A DNA stretch of 64,000 nucleotides from an uncultured Candidatus Poseidoniales archaeon. Its GTDB lineage: Archaea; Thermoplasmatota; Poseidoniia; Poseidoniales; Poseidoniaceae. This document shows positions 29,716 through 40,614 of this stretch, piece after piece. The stretch is taken from contig CAJJCQ010000013.1 of assembly GCA_905182725.1 (NCBI GenBank), positions 1,849 through 65,848 of the forward strand. Direction: 5' to 3'. The first letter of the stretch is position 1, and each line of letters starts with the position of its first letter. The translations under genes were made by a program, and so were the position numbers. The notes under the pieces were generated by a model, which searched no databases, was not told the DNA's origin, and was given only the letters and a program-made list of their open reading frames with translations.

Positions 29716-29724
29716 AACTCTGTT

Positions 29725-30081
29725 TCAGAGAGGTTGAATCATAATGATTCGGTTTTCTTTTTGTGCCATGCATTGTGCAACTTTCATTGCAGTGCGCATA
29801 TCAGTCGTACCGCCAATCACTTTCTCGCCTTCAGCATCATGCAAAATGAGTTTGTGTGTGAGGTTGTAAAGAACACCTTCTTCGATACGTTCGAAAACCC
29901 AATGTTCATTTTCAATTCGTACCATTGCAGGAATTTCAACGAGTGGTCCCATTTGGGAGCCGGTTGTTTGGGTTCGAGTTTTCAAACCTTGGAGATCTCT
30001 AACTGGGCTCCAATTCCTTCGACGAATCGGTGCGTGAATTCTTTTCTTTTTGGCAATGCCTTCTCTAAATGCTCTACTCAT
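29725..30081 (-). CDS. Hypothetical protein
   Basis: 118-aa ORF filling the gap. Confidence 0.65.
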   Translation of the reverse strand: MSRAFREGIAKKKRIHAPIRRRNWSPVRDLQGLKTRTQTTGSQMGPLVEIPAMVRIENEHWVFERIEEGVLYNLTHKLILHDAEGEKVIGGTTDMRTAMKVAQCMAQKENRIIMIQPL

Positions 30082-30295
30082 GTGGGTCCCATCCCTTGAA
30101 GTCGCTTGACTTCATTTCGAAGCGGATTCCATCTCCTAATAAGAACCGCGACGCGTTCGAAGCAGAAAACTACGTTTTGTTCGAAAACAGAGAATACTCG
30201 ATGCTTTGAAAGAAGATAGAATTGATGGAACAAGGAATGTCTCAATCGGTGACTTCATCAAATACCGACGATTCGACAATTCGGAGACGAACAAG

Positions 30296-30679
30296 ATGAG
30301 CGACATTCCAGAAGGACAATACTACACTAAAGAGCACGAATGGTTGCGCGTCGATGGAAACGAAATCATCATCGGGATTACGGACTATGCTCAGCATTCT
30401 CTTACCGATATCGTCTACATTGAACTCCCTGGTGAAGGAGAAGTCCTTACTGATATGGAAGAATTTGCAATCGTTGAATCTGTGAAATCAGCTTCACCAA
30501 TTTTTGCCCCGTTCGCTGGAAAGATTACCGCTGTGAATGATGCACTTGACGACGCACCTGAACTCATGAATACCGACCCGTATGGAGAGGGATGGATTGT
30601 TCGAATGACCTTGGATGAACCGAATGCGGTTTCAGTGTTGATGGATGCTGCAGGTTACAAAGCAGAGATTGGCGAGTGA
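30296..30679 (+). CDS. gcvH: Glycine cleavage system H protein
   Basis: YTKEHEW, GITDYAQ, ESVKS (lipoyl-Lys), N.DPYGEGW. Confidence 0.96.
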   Translation: MSDIPEGQYYTKEHEWLRVDGNEIIIGITDYAQHSLTDIVYIELPGEGEVLTDMEEFAIVESVKSASPIFAPFAGKITAVNDALDDAPELMNTDPYGEGWIVRMTLDEPNAVSVLMDAAGYKAEIGE

Positions 30680-31221
30680 AGAGTTTGACTGAGCACAAAT
30701 GGAGCCTCTACGTAGATGGCTCCTGTCTTGGTAACCAGAACGTTGATCAAAATACTCCTGCCGCTTGGTCAGTTGTTGTCGTGATTGGCGACACTGGGTT
30801 AGGAAAGAGGAGTGGTGATCTTCATGAAGAGTTTGCTGATGTTGTGGTGACGCAACCTGGTGTGGAACACTTCATTGGTGCTGAAGTTGGCTCAAATAAC
30901 ACTGCTGAACTGTCTGCGTTTGCAGCTGCGCTACGATGGCTCTTGGTCGAAGGAGGAAATGATTCTGCAGTCATTCGCGCAGATTCTCAATATGCAGGCA
31001 ACCTCGCTTGTGGTGCATGGAAAGCGAAAGCCAACCGTGAATTGGTGGCTCATGTTCAATCTCTCTGGGATGCAGTTTCTGGACTTCGAACTCTTACATG
31101 GGAGCATGTCAAAGCCCATCGAGGCTATCGTTGGAATGAACGCGCCGATCATTTGGCACTTCGTAAAGCGCAAGGAGAACAGCCCGTGCCACTGTCCTTT
31201 TGGAAACCTGGTCAGCGTTAA
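30676..31221 (+). CDS. rnhA: Ribonuclease HI
   Basis: YVDGSC, SNNTAEL, DSQY, HVKAH, NERADHLA; GTGA overlap with gcvH. Confidence 0.9.
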   Translation: MKSLTEHKWSLYVDGSCLGNQNVDQNTPAAWSVVVVIGDTGLGKRSGDLHEEFADVVVTQPGVEHFIGAEVGSNNTAELSAFAAALRWLLVEGGNDSAVIRADSQYAGNLACGAWKAKANRELVAHVQSLWDAVSGLRTLTWEHVKAHRGYRWNERADHLALRKAQGEQPVPLSFWKPGQR

Positions 31222-32084
31222 TCTTCAGCAAGTCGTTCTTGGAGCCATTCTCTGAAGGAAGTCGAAAGGTCGCTACGACGGAGTGCATGGTCAACCTGCG
31301 CTTGGAGCCACGGCAAGGGTTTACCTGAATCATACCATTGGAAATTTGCAAGTTCAACTCCAACAAGGCCGTCGTTTTTCATCCAATGTTGTTGAATGGC
31401 AATCGATTGGAGCTCTCCATAGGTTTCAACATCATAGTGTTGCAGCAGACTTTTGGCATCGGAAGTAAACAAATAGCGGCCACAGAGTACAAGGTTTGAC
31501 GGAGCATCTTCCGGTAATGGCTTCTCACAGATTTCAAGGATTCGCGCCCCTTCTTGGCGAACGACGCCGTAATTGGAAACTTCATCGGGGCGAACTGCCA
31601 GTAAGCCAACGCATGGAAGACCATTCTTTTCAAAACTTTCAACTAATTTTTTACTTGCTTTTGAGGGTGAAAAGGCATTTGGCGAAGTATGTTGGTCAAG
31701 CAAAATGTTGTCGCCGAGTAAGACCAAAAAAGGTCCATTAATTTCGCCTAAAGCACATTCAATAGCATTCCCTAAACCAAGTGGTTCATGTTGTATATGG
31801 ACAAAGACCTCGACATCAGCGAACGGTGAAAGGAGTTGAGGGTCAAGGTCAGGACGCTTCTCTTGAAGCCACGCATGGTCTCCAAGTAACGACTTCATAT
31901 CTTTTCTCGGTGAGGAAATGATGTGGAGACGTTGTGCTCCAGCAGCGACTGCTTCACGGGCAAGATGCACAAGAGCCGGTATATCGACAAGCGGAAGCGC
32001 CTCTTTGGGCACCGATGCACTGGTTGGGAGCATTCGAGTCCCAAGACCTCCTGCGACCAGTAAGGCATCTTGAACGACCGCCAT
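31218..32084 (-). CDS. galU: UTP--glucose-1-phosphate uridylyltransferase
   Basis: AGGLGTRMLP....PKE.LP.VD, Q.EPLGLG.A, LLGD, EKP, GRY. Confidence 0.85.
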   Translation of the reverse strand: MAVVQDALLVAGGLGTRMLPTSASVPKEALPLVDIPALVHLAREAVAAGAQRLHIISSPRKDMKSLLGDHAWLQEKRPDLDPQLLSPFADVEVFVHIQHEPLGLGNAIECALGEINGPFLVLLGDNILLDQHTSPNAFSPSKASKKLVESFEKNGLPCVGLLAVRPDEVSNYGVVRQEGARILEICEKPLPEDAPSNLVLCGRYLFTSDAKSLLQHYDVETYGELQSIAIQQHWMKNDGLVGVELANFQWYDSGKPLPWLQAQVDHALRRSDLSTSFREWLQERLAED

Positions 32085-32136
32085 GAGACCTGCTGGATGG
32101 CGTAGGCTTTCAAGCGTCGCCCTTCTGCCTTGAGAC

Positions 32137-32559
32137 ATGGGCAGAACTCTTGAGTGGCGATGGTTCGCCATTGTTGGTGTCTTTTTCGTTGCTCAGTCTT
32201 TTATCGATATTACTCCTGAAGGCCCTTGGGACTCTCGTTCTTTCTCAAGAGGTATGCTCGGTTTAGTAGGCTTGACATTGCTTTATCTGGCTTGGTTTCG
32301 ATGGGCTTTTGACCGCAAAGGCGTAGCACCGACGATCAATTTGTGGGCATCTCCCGAAGAAACATGGAGAAATGTCTTGCTGTTTGGACTTGGATGTTTG
32401 CTCTTTGTCAAAGTAATGTCGTGGGCTGATCTAAAGGATTGGGTTCCTGAACCAACAGGAATGTTACTCACACTCATTGGAAGTTTAGTAATTCTCAATG
32501 CGCTCTATGTAGGGCTCATCACCGTAGGACCATTGGCTCCTTCATCGGAAGAAGAATGA
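32137..32559 (+). CDS. 4-TM hypothetical membrane protein
   Basis: Hydrophobicity pattern; acidic C-terminus like neighbouring genes. Confidence 0.7.
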   Translation: MGRTLEWRWFAIVGVFFVAQSFIDITPEGPWDSRSFSRGMLGLVGLTLLYLAWFRWAFDRKGVAPTINLWASPEETWRNVLLFGLGCLLFVKVMSWADLKDWVPEPTGMLLTLIGSLVILNALYVGLITVGPLAPSSEEE

Positions 32560-32561
32560 GT

Positions 32562-34046
32562 TCAATCATCGATGAAGCCGAGTTCTTGATCTAACATTTG
32601 ATACGCATCTTCGACAGATGGTAATTCTCCTGATTCGTCCATATCACTGTGAAGTGGTGGGGGGGATTCGGGTAGAGTTGGTTGTTCTCCTTCACCCGTA
32701 AACCAAGCTTGCCATAGACGGCTTCGTTCAGGGCGGCGTTGCGTGAGAGGTTCCCAAAGTGGTTCAAGAGGGCAGTCTTGTTTCTTGAAATCAAGAAGGC
32801 GCGCTGCGAAATGGTCAGGCGATACTTCTTCCATTCGCATCAACAGTTCACGCATTCGTGTACGAACAACTTCGTCGCCGTCTTGCCAAAGAATTGGAAG
32901 AAGGCGACGGTCATCTTCTGGATATTGTTCAATGTAATCACGCAAAAAAGGCACGAGGTTTCGTCGAACGATTGGAAGAGGGTGTTGTGCTAACTTTGCG
33001 ATGGTATCAGCCCACAGTTCGGAATCAAGGAATCTCAAATCCCCTACTGTTGCACTTGCAGCAGCGAGGACGCCTTCGTCTTGGTCAGCGAGCATATCGG
33101 TCAGAAACGGTACAGCATCCCATTCGAGACGACGGAACATTCGGGTAAGGACATCTGCCATTCCTCGCTTGACAAGAAGTTCATCGCGCTGATGGAGGCG
33201 TTTGGCAAGTTCAAGCCCCGAGTCTCTGTTAAATTCAATCGCCTTAGCAAGACAAAGCGTGACACGTGCAGCGACTTCAGCTTCAGGGTCTGAAGCACGG
33301 CGCAGAAGTATGGACACAAGGTCAAGCGGCTCGATGAGGTTGGGTCGTTGAAGGAGGAGGCGCACCCACTCCATCAGCAAAAGACGGCGGTCGAGAGAAT
33401 CGTTTTCCAATTTTTCAATTAACCATCGAGCTGCTGTAACGCCAGCATCGTGTGCTACAACTCCTGAATTACGAGGGATGACTGCATGAGGGTTCCACTC
33501 TGATTGGTGAGGCCCAGCGTCAGGTTGTGTATGCCAGGTCCCAGGGCGTTCAGCCAATGTGATTGATTCGACCAGGTGATATCCTTGATGGACTGGTTGG
33601 CCATGTGGAGTCGTGGATAAACCGTTGAGAAGTGAAATAGCAAGCCACCAACGGTCGGTATTTGGAGCTGAATGGTCAAACGCTTGTGCTAACCAATCGG
33701 TTGTGACGGTGAAAAGAAGACTTTCAGCAACTTTGTCAACTCGTCGGTGGAGCCATTTCTGATGTACGGTAAAGGGATCGTCGCTGAGGTTCATCCGATG
33801 CGGGACAATCAAATCAACAACTGTGTTGAGATTTGATTCGAACATTGCTCGGTCCATTTGTAAAATTCCAATCCCTTGCTCAATGACCGCTTCGGGGGAT
33901 TTAGGAGCGATTGGTGGAAAGTCTGGGTCCGACATCGGAGGTTGTGGCAAAGGCCAGGCAATGGTGCCGCGTTTCAACGCTTCAACCATTCCAGCAGAGA
34001 CAGCCTCGAAGACATTGTCTGACAATTTAGTTCGTTCTTTTCCCAT
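32562..34046 (-). CDS. HEAT-repeat-like protein
   Basis: Repeated L..D....VR motifs (SDPEAEVAA, DELLVKRG, DQDEGVLA, PLPIVRR, DGDEVVRT). Confidence 0.7.
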   Translation of the reverse strand: MGKERTKLSDNVFEAVSAGMVEALKRGTIAWPLPQPPMSDPDFPPIAPKSPEAVIEQGIGILQMDRAMFESNLNTVVDLIVPHRMNLSDDPFTVHQKWLHRRVDKVAESLLFTVTTDWLAQAFDHSAPNTDRWWLAISLLNGLSTTPHGQPVHQGYHLVESITLAERPGTWHTQPDAGPHQSEWNPHAVIPRNSGVVAHDAGVTAARWLIEKLENDSLDRRLLLMEWVRLLLQRPNLIEPLDLVSILLRRASDPEAEVAARVTLCLAKAIEFNRDSGLELAKRLHQRDELLVKRGMADVLTRMFRRLEWDAVPFLTDMLADQDEGVLAAASATVGDLRFLDSELWADTIAKLAQHPLPIVRRNLVPFLRDYIEQYPEDDRRLLPILWQDGDEVVRTRMRELLMRMEEVSPDHFAARLLDFKKQDCPLEPLWEPLTQRRPERSRLWQAWFTGEGEQPTLPESPPPLHSDMDESGELPSVEDAYQMLDQELGFIDD

Positions 34047-34079
34047 CGTGAGACCTCGAGGTTTCAACAGGTTCTCATT

Positions 34080-35006
34080 TCAAATATCGAGTTCGATATT
34101 GAGATTTTGAATGAGTTCCTTGTAACGGTTACGAATGGTGACTTCTGTTACACCAGCAACTTCTGCAACTTCACGTTGGGTTCTGCGCTTTCCACACAGG
34201 ACCGAAGCGATGTAAATGATAGAGGCTGCAATTCCAGTTGGTCCACGGCCACTTGTCAATTCCTTCTCTTGAGCTGCTTTGATGAGTTCGTAAGCCTTTG
34301 CTTCGACTTCAGCATCGAGTCCAAGTCCAGAGCAGAATCGAGAAATGTAGTCTTCTGGGCCGGTTGGCATGATCTTCATTTTGAGTTCTCGGACCATGAA
34401 ACGGTACGTTCGGCCAATTTCTTTTCGGCCAGTACGGGATGCTTGGCCAATTTCGTCAAGTGTTCGAGGAACACCACATTGGCGGCAGGCTGCGTAAAGG
34501 GATGCTGCTGCAACACCTTCAATCGAACGGCCACGAATCAAACGCTTGTCAACTGCTTTCTTGTAATTCACTGCTGCTGCTTCACGAACAGATTTTGGAA
34601 GTTCAAGGCGGCTGGCCATACGGTCCAACTCGGCCAAAGCCATAGCGAGGTTTCGCTCTGTTGCGTTTGAAACTCGGCTTCTCTTTTGCCACTTACGCAT
34701 TCGGTAGAATTGCGATCTATAACGTGAATTAATGGTTTTTCCTGAGTAGTCTTTGTTTTGCCAGTCGATGTCAGTCGAGAGACCTTTATCGTGGAGCATG
34801 ACGGTCATTGGAGCACCAGTACGGGCACGTTGGTCGCCCTGTTCCGGTGAAAATACACGCCATTCAGCACCTTGGTCGATTACATTGTCTTCTAACACTA
34901 AACCGCAATCGTCACATACGACTTCGCCACGAGTTTCGTCACGTGTTAAATTTCGACCTGCGCAATCACTGCATTTTACGATATCTTCTACTTGTTGTTC
35001 ATCCAT
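34080..35006 (-). CDS. tfb: Transcription initiation factor IIB
   Basis: Zn ribbon [42 protein letters not shown]. Confidence 0.98.
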   Translation of the reverse strand: MDEQQVEDIVKCSDCAGRNLTRDETRGEVVCDDCGLVLEDNVIDQGAEWRVFSPEQGDQRARTGAPMTVMLHDKGLSTDIDWQNKDYSGKTINSRYRSQFYRMRKWQKRSRVSNATERNLAMALAELDRMASRLELPKSVREAAAVNYKKAVDKRLIRGRSIEGVAAASLYAACRQCGVPRTLDEIGQASRTGRKEIGRTYRFMVRELKMKIMPTGPEDYISRFCSGLGLDAEVEAKAYELIKAAQEKELTSGRGPTGIAASIIYIASVLCGKRRTQREVAEVAGVTEVTIRNRYKELIQNLNIELDI

Positions 35007-35063
35007 ATGTATTCCTCATCTCTTGCCCTGGTTGAGCATCATCGCTCAACTGATTAGGGAACC

Positions 35064-35071
35064 TTATTATA
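35064..35071 (-). promoter_or_regulatory. Probable TATA box of tfb
   Basis: TATAATAA on the minus strand about 60 nt upstream of the tfb ATG, with GAGGA SD before the ATG. Confidence 0.5.
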
Positions 35072-35228
35072 CACCGATGCCCAACTGTATTTAAACCTAA
35101 TTACCAATACGCTTAAACTTGTGGACTCGGAGAACTGCGTTTTTATTGAAAATACGGCACTTGCCACGAGAGTTTTTTCCCGAACCGGTTATCAACACTG
35201 AGCACTTGAAAGAGTTTGAGGGGGAGTT

Positions 35229-37217
35229 ATGAGAGACAATTGGCCGCCGGCAAAAATCGCCCTCAACCCTGAAAAAAGGGTTCTCTTTCTTACCAAAGAC
35301 CTCGGACTTATCAAAAAACAATTGTATGATGGGCTCAATTTGAAAATGGAAGACTTAACAGTTGACGATTTACTTGATGACATCAACACCGATGTCATGA
35401 CACCTGCATGGGTTTGTTTTGACCATGATCCTGCCGAGATCGCAAAGAATGCATATGCGGGATTGATGCATAACGGATTAAGGGTGTTTAATGAAAATGC
35501 ACTCAAAAATGGTGACTTTGAGGTTATTGTTTCCGGCCAACGTAAAGGAACTGGCTCTTCACGAGAAACTGCCCCGCAGTGTGAGCGTTGGGCTGGAATT
35601 AATATTGTCATAGCTGCATCTTTTGCCCCAATTCACGCCCAGAATAACATCAACCTTGGACAAATTATGGGTGACCATTCAATGCTCGAACGTTTGCAAA
35701 AAGGCGAAAATATCGCTCTTGAAGAATTCACTTCCCGCTACGATAAAGTCACCCAAATTATTCTTGAGAAGGGCGGTTTGTTTGCTTTTGCGAAATCCCT
35801 CAAAAATGGAGAAATCGAACTTCCCCCGTTGGATACCCCTCCACGGCCAATGACCATGGCTGAGAAAATTATCGCCCGTAACCTCGTAGGGCAAGTAGAA
35901 GGGCAGTGTGTCAAACCAAATGACCCTGTTATTGCTCAAGTTCAAGGCGGGTACTCGCATGAATTCACAACTGCTCAAGTTCATACATTCCTCCAAAACG
36001 AGTATGGTGAAGACTACTCGCTGCCAAACCCAAGTAAATTTGCAGTTTTCGAAGACCATCTACTCTATGCTCATCACAACCCTAAATTCGTCCCCCATAT
36101 GGATAAGATTCAGACTTTACGAGACCTCCAAGTTGAATTTCAAAAGCATACTTTGGTTCGAGATTACTCTGCTAAAGATGGTGTCTCGCCTGGGATTTGT
36201 CATCAAGTCGCCCGAGAAGAATTCATTGAAGTGGGTGATTTCATTCAAGCCACAGATTCGCACACCTGTATGGGAGGCGCATCAAACGCACTCACTTGGG
36301 GTGTTGGAGCGACTGAATATGCCAATCTCATCAGTGCTGGATTTACTTCAATCAAAGTCCCCGAATCAATTCGTTTCGAATTAATCGGCACTCTTGTTCC
36401 AGGTTGTACCGCCAAAGACGTCATCCTGTTCATCTTAGCCGACCACGCTCGAGAAGAATTAACACTCAATCGAAGTATGGAGTTTGGAGGTGAAGGATTA
36501 GCCAGCCTCTCCATTGATGAACGTGCTACACTCTGCAACATGGCCACAGAATGCTCGGGCCGAACTGGTATTTGTGAAGCCGATGATTTGTTGTTTGAAT
36601 GGATGATCAAATCTCAGCCCCATTTGGATTTCGAAACTCAGAAGAGTCGATCAGTTCATCCCGATGAAGGGGCCCAATACCACGGTGGAGTCCACATCAT
36701 CAACATGTCAGAGATACAACCCATGGTGGCCCATCCCGGCAACCCCGATGAAGGAATTCCGAGTGACCCAACCAACGGCGCAAACATTACCGATATTGGC
36801 GACGTTTCAATCGATATCGCCTACGGAGGCTCATGCACTGCCGGTAAAGCAGATGACATAGCCTACTATGCTCAAGTTTGCCAGGCTGCTGAAAATGCTG
36901 GACTTGTTGTCAAGGAAGGCGTAGATTTCTACATCCAATACGGCTCTGGTATCGTGAAAGATTTGGCTGTAAACGAAGGATGGCATGATTTATTCGGACG
37001 AGTCGGTGTCAAACTCATCGACCCAGGTTGTGGCGCATGCATTGGCGCAGGACCTGGCGTTTCGATTACCCCTGAACAAGTGACTGTATCAGCAATCAAT
37101 CGGAATTTCCAAGGCCGTTCAGGTCCTGGTAAACTCTACCTCGCCAGCCCATTAACTGTGGCTGCTTCTGCTTTCATGGGCATCATCACTTCATGGCACG
37201 AAGAATTGTTTAACTAA
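35229..37217 (+). CDS. Aconitase-family hydratase with N-terminal swivel (LeuD-like) fused to a LeuC-like 4Fe-4S domain
   Basis: DDINTD, GTGSSRE (swivel); MTMAEKI, DH, GICH, DSHT, GGSCT, PGCGACIG, NRNF.GR. Confidence 0.9.
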   Translation: MRDNWPPAKIALNPEKRVLFLTKDLGLIKKQLYDGLNLKMEDLTVDDLLDDINTDVMTPAWVCFDHDPAEIAKNAYAGLMHNGLRVFNENALKNGDFEVIVSGQRKGTGSSRETAPQCERWAGINIVIAASFAPIHAQNNINLGQIMGDHSMLERLQKGENIALEEFTSRYDKVTQIILEKGGLFAFAKSLKNGEIELPPLDTPPRPMTMAEKIIARNLVGQVEGQCVKPNDPVIAQVQGGYSHEFTTAQVHTFLQNEYGEDYSLPNPSKFAVFEDHLLYAHHNPKFVPHMDKIQTLRDLQVEFQKHTLVRDYSAKDGVSPGICHQVAREEFIEVGDFIQATDSHTCMGGASNALTWGVGATEYANLISAGFTSIKVPESIRFELIGTLVPGCTAKDVILFILADHAREELTLNRSMEFGGEGLASLSIDERATLCNMATECSGRTGICEADDLLFEWMIKSQPHLDFETQKSRSVHPDEGAQYHGGVHIINMSEIQPMVAHPGNPDEGIPSDPTNGANITDIGDVSIDIAYGGSCTAGKADDIAYYAQVCQAAENAGLVVKEGVDFYIQYGSGIVKDLAVNEGWHDLFGRVGVKLIDPGCGACIGAGPGVSITPEQVTVSAINRNFQGRSGPGKLYLASPLTVAASAFMGIITSWHEELFN

Positions 37218-37360
37218 TTTGGAAGGACTCAATCTTCTAAAAAATCAAGTTCGTTGATGATCTTCAGTCTTAGACATTAAAAACCGTCGGTCGACAAGGT
37301 TGCTTACCACAAAGGCCCGATGTCATTGGGACAAAGGAGGACCTGTGTTGGAGGAATACC

Positions 37361-39475
37361 ATGACTGGCATCGCACAAAAACTCGCATCAAATCAAAAGC
37401 AGGTTGCAATTTCTGAGTTTTTTGAAAAGAATAAGCATTTTCTTGGGTTTGATTCGTTAGCTCGTTCGCTCATCACTGCAGTTAAGGAAGCCGTAGACAA
37501 TGCACTGGATGCATGTGAAGAGGCTCGTATACTACCAACCATTCGAATTCGAATCACCAAAGTTGATGCTCAGAAGGACATCATCCGAATGGTTGTCGAA
37601 GATAACGGACCAGGTATTCCTCAGAAGAGCATTGAGAAAGTCTTCGGACAACTTCTCTTCGGTTCGCGCTTTCACGCTATTCGACAGTCCCGTGGACAAC
37701 AGGGAATTGGAATTACTGGCGTAGTCATGTATTGTCAATTAACCACTGGACGAACAACTCATGTACGTTCAAAAATTGCCACTGAACCGACTGCTGCTTT
37801 TGTCGATATTGGACTCGATACTCGGAAAAATAAAGCGACGAAGGCAAATGCTGGTCGTGAGATTTGGTATAATGAAGATGGTTCTGGAAAAGAACATGGC
37901 ACTGAAGTGACTGCTGAAATGAAGGCAAAATACCAGAAAGGGCGGCAGAGTGTTTGGCAATATCTTCGTATGACCAGTATTGTCAATCCACACGCTGAAA
38001 TTATATTTATTGACCCTGATGGAGAAAAGCATCATTGGACTCGGGTTACTGAACGGCTACCGACAAAGGTCGAAAGTATCAAGCCCCACCCCCATGGTAT
38101 TGAATTAGGCCAATTACAACGAATGATTACTGAGTCAAACGACTTGAATTTGAACCATTTCTTACTCAATAATTTCTCCGGAGTTACAAATCGTGCTCGT
38201 AAAGAATTGTGTGAAGCAGCAGATATTGCAGGTACAAGAAAGATGAAGACTGTAAAAGGTGATGATATTCGCCATCTGTTAGAAGCCTTCCAAGGTGAAC
38301 GATTATGCAACGGGTCGCCTGTTAAGTTACTCAAACCACCAACGAATTGTTTGTCGCCAATTGAAGAGTTACTCATTAAGAAGGGTCTTTCCAAAACCAT
38401 TGACTCCCGTTTCGTATCGACGCTGACTCGAGTCCCAAGTGTAACACAAGGAAATCCTTTCCAAATTGAAGTTGGATTGATTTTTGGAGGCGCAATGGCT
38501 GCGGATAAGCCGGTTGAAATTCTTCGGTTTGCTAATCGCGTCCCACTGATGTATCAGCAGGGTGGTTGCCTACTTACCAAAGCCATTGAGAGTGTTGATT
38601 GGCGCCAATATGGATTGGATCAAGCCGGTGGAAGAGGTGTACCAAAAGGACCTGCAGCGGTATTGGTTCATCTTGCCAGTACAAATGTTCAATTTACATC
38701 TGAAGCAAAGGAGGCTCTTGCCGACAATGCTGAAGTCATGGAAGAAGGAAGGAAAGCAATGCTCGAAATGGGCCGAGGCTTGAGAAAGCATTTGGAAAAG
38801 AAGAAGAAAATGGCGAAGACGAAGGAAAAGTTCGAACTCATCAATGACATTTTACCTGCTATCGCAAAGAAATCTGCTGAAATTCTTGAACGTCCTGTAC
38901 CAGAGCTCTCTGGCTCAATCACCAAGATCATGTCCGCCGTTATTTCCGAAACCACAACAGAATGGAATAAGCAAACGAAGCAAACGGATGTTGAAATTAT
39001 ATTGTTCAATTATACAACCCGAGTGCGTGCCTACACAATACTTGCAACTTGGCCCGAAAAGTCGGGAGCAAAGATCGAGAACAATGAAACCGGTGGCCGG
39101 AAAGAAGCCCTGGGCGTATGGGCTTGGAAACTTGAATCATTACAACCTGGTGAAAAGAAAATAATTGCCTACAGTCTTACCGGATTAGAGCGCGGTGACT
39201 GGACGGAAACCGAAGTCTTGTTCCGAGGCTCCCAAGATGTCATTGGAGCGACAAAGATGGATGAGAAATTCCTTCAAGAAATTCGTCGTCAAGAACAAAT
39301 CATGGAGGAGAGTGATGTTGATTCACAAGAGGCTGAACCTGGGAGTGAAGCGGTGGATGAGCCTGAAACTGTACCTGAAAAGAATGAAATTTCAGAAGTG
39401 CCTACAGAAGAAGGAGTTGAGCCTGCTGTCGCTCCGCCAGAAGGCCAGCGTACCCTCTTTGGAGGTGAAGTCTAA
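37361..39475 (+). CDS. top6B: DNA topoisomerase VI subunit B
   Basis: EFFEKN, EAVDNALDACE, DNGPG, SRGQQGIG, PHPHG, RFANRVPL. Confidence 0.98.
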   Translation: MTGIAQKLASNQKQVAISEFFEKNKHFLGFDSLARSLITAVKEAVDNALDACEEARILPTIRIRITKVDAQKDIIRMVVEDNGPGIPQKSIEKVFGQLLFGSRFHAIRQSRGQQGIGITGVVMYCQLTTGRTTHVRSKIATEPTAAFVDIGLDTRKNKATKANAGREIWYNEDGSGKEHGTEVTAEMKAKYQKGRQSVWQYLRMTSIVNPHAEIIFIDPDGEKHHWTRVTERLPTKVESIKPHPHGIELGQLQRMITESNDLNLNHFLLNNFSGVTNRARKELCEAADIAGTRKMKTVKGDDIRHLLEAFQGERLCNGSPVKLLKPPTNCLSPIEELLIKKGLSKTIDSRFVSTLTRVPSVTQGNPFQIEVGLIFGGAMAADKPVEILRFANRVPLMYQQGGCLLTKAIESVDWRQYGLDQAGGRGVPKGPAAVLVHLASTNVQFTSEAKEALADNAEVMEEGRKAMLEMGRGLRKHLEKKKKMAKTKEKFELINDILPAIAKKSAEILERPVPELSGSITKIMSAVISETTTEWNKQTKQTDVEIILFNYTTRVRAYTILATWPEKSGAKIENNETGGRKEALGVWAWKLESLQPGEKKIIAYSLTGLERGDWTETEVLFRGSQDVIGATKMDEKFLQEIRRQEQIMEESDVDSQEAEPGSEAVDEPETVPEKNEISEVPTEEGVEPAVAPPEGQRTLFGGEV

Positions 39476-40572
39476 TGTCTCGGACACGCACCGCAGAAGA
39501 AACAAAAACTGCAATGCATAAAGTCGTTGCAGAAATGTATGATCGAATCGTCAAAGGTGAACCGCCTACAATGACTCTACCGGTACGAACAAAAACCAAC
39601 ATTGGTTTTGATAAGAAACTCGGTGTATACAAATACGGAAAAAAGCAATCAGTGCGCGATGCAACAAGTCTTGGTTCAGCCAAGCAATTACTTCGGACAT
39701 TACACGTCGTAGAATTCATCGAGGAAATGCTTGATGCTGGAAAATCTTCAACTCTGAGAGAAATGTACTATATTTCTGAAGGATGGGGAATGGGTAAATT
39801 CGGTAGTCAAAATGATTCCAATAACTTGGCAGAGGATTTGGAAATTGTAACGAAATGTTTGCGTGAAGATTTCAAATTACGTCCTGAAGAAGACGGTGCA
39901 CGAATGATTGGAAATTTGACCCTGCGTGAACGAAATCGACGTGGTGAATGGATGCGAATCAATGCACGGGATGACGTCGGTGATTCAGGATATGGCGTAC
40001 CATATAACGTGGAATTAGAGAAGATCGAACTGCTTGAGCATGACATTGATTTCATTATGGCAATCGAGACCGGTGGTATGTTTGACCGTTTGATTGAAAA
40101 TGGATTTGATGAGCAGTACCGTTGTGGATTATTGCACCTCAAAGGACAACCTGCTCGTTCGACTCGACGAATCATGAAACGGATGAGTGAAGAATGGGAT
40201 TTACCCGTTGTTGTCTTCCTTGACGGGGATCCGTGGTCCTTCCGTATCTTTGCTTCAATCGCATATGGTGCTATTAAAACTGCACATATTTCCGAATATT
40301 TGGCAACACCCTCAGCGACGTATCTCGGCATTACTGCCGATGATATTGTTGCGTATGAATTACCAAGTGACGATTTGTCAAAGAAAGATATTGAAGCATT
40401 GAATGCTGAACTCACCGATCCGAGATTTGCCGACAGTTGGTGGCAAGAACAAATCAACATGATGTTGGAGCTTGGAAAGAAAGCTGAGCAACAATCCTTG
40501 GCTAAATACGGTTTAGATTTCGTAACTGAAACCTACTTACCGGAAAAATTAGCCGAATTAGGATTGGCTTGA
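39475..40572 (+). CDS. top6A: DNA topoisomerase VI subunit A
   Basis: STLREMYY (catalytic Tyr), IETGG, KGQP, DGDP, KAEQQ; GGAGGTGA SD. Confidence 0.98.
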   Translation: MSRTRTAEETKTAMHKVVAEMYDRIVKGEPPTMTLPVRTKTNIGFDKKLGVYKYGKKQSVRDATSLGSAKQLLRTLHVVEFIEEMLDAGKSSTLREMYYISEGWGMGKFGSQNDSNNLAEDLEIVTKCLREDFKLRPEEDGARMIGNLTLRERNRRGEWMRINARDDVGDSGYGVPYNVELEKIELLEHDIDFIMAIETGGMFDRLIENGFDEQYRCGLLHLKGQPARSTRRIMKRMSEEWDLPVVVFLDGDPWSFRIFASIAYGAIKTAHISEYLATPSATYLGITADDIVAYELPSDDLSKKDIEALNAELTDPRFADSWWQEQINMMLELGKKAEQQSLAKYGLDFVTETYLPEKLAELGLA

Positions 40573-40614
40573 CACGCGCAAGGATTCATTGAGGAAGAAG
40601 GTTGAGGACAGACC

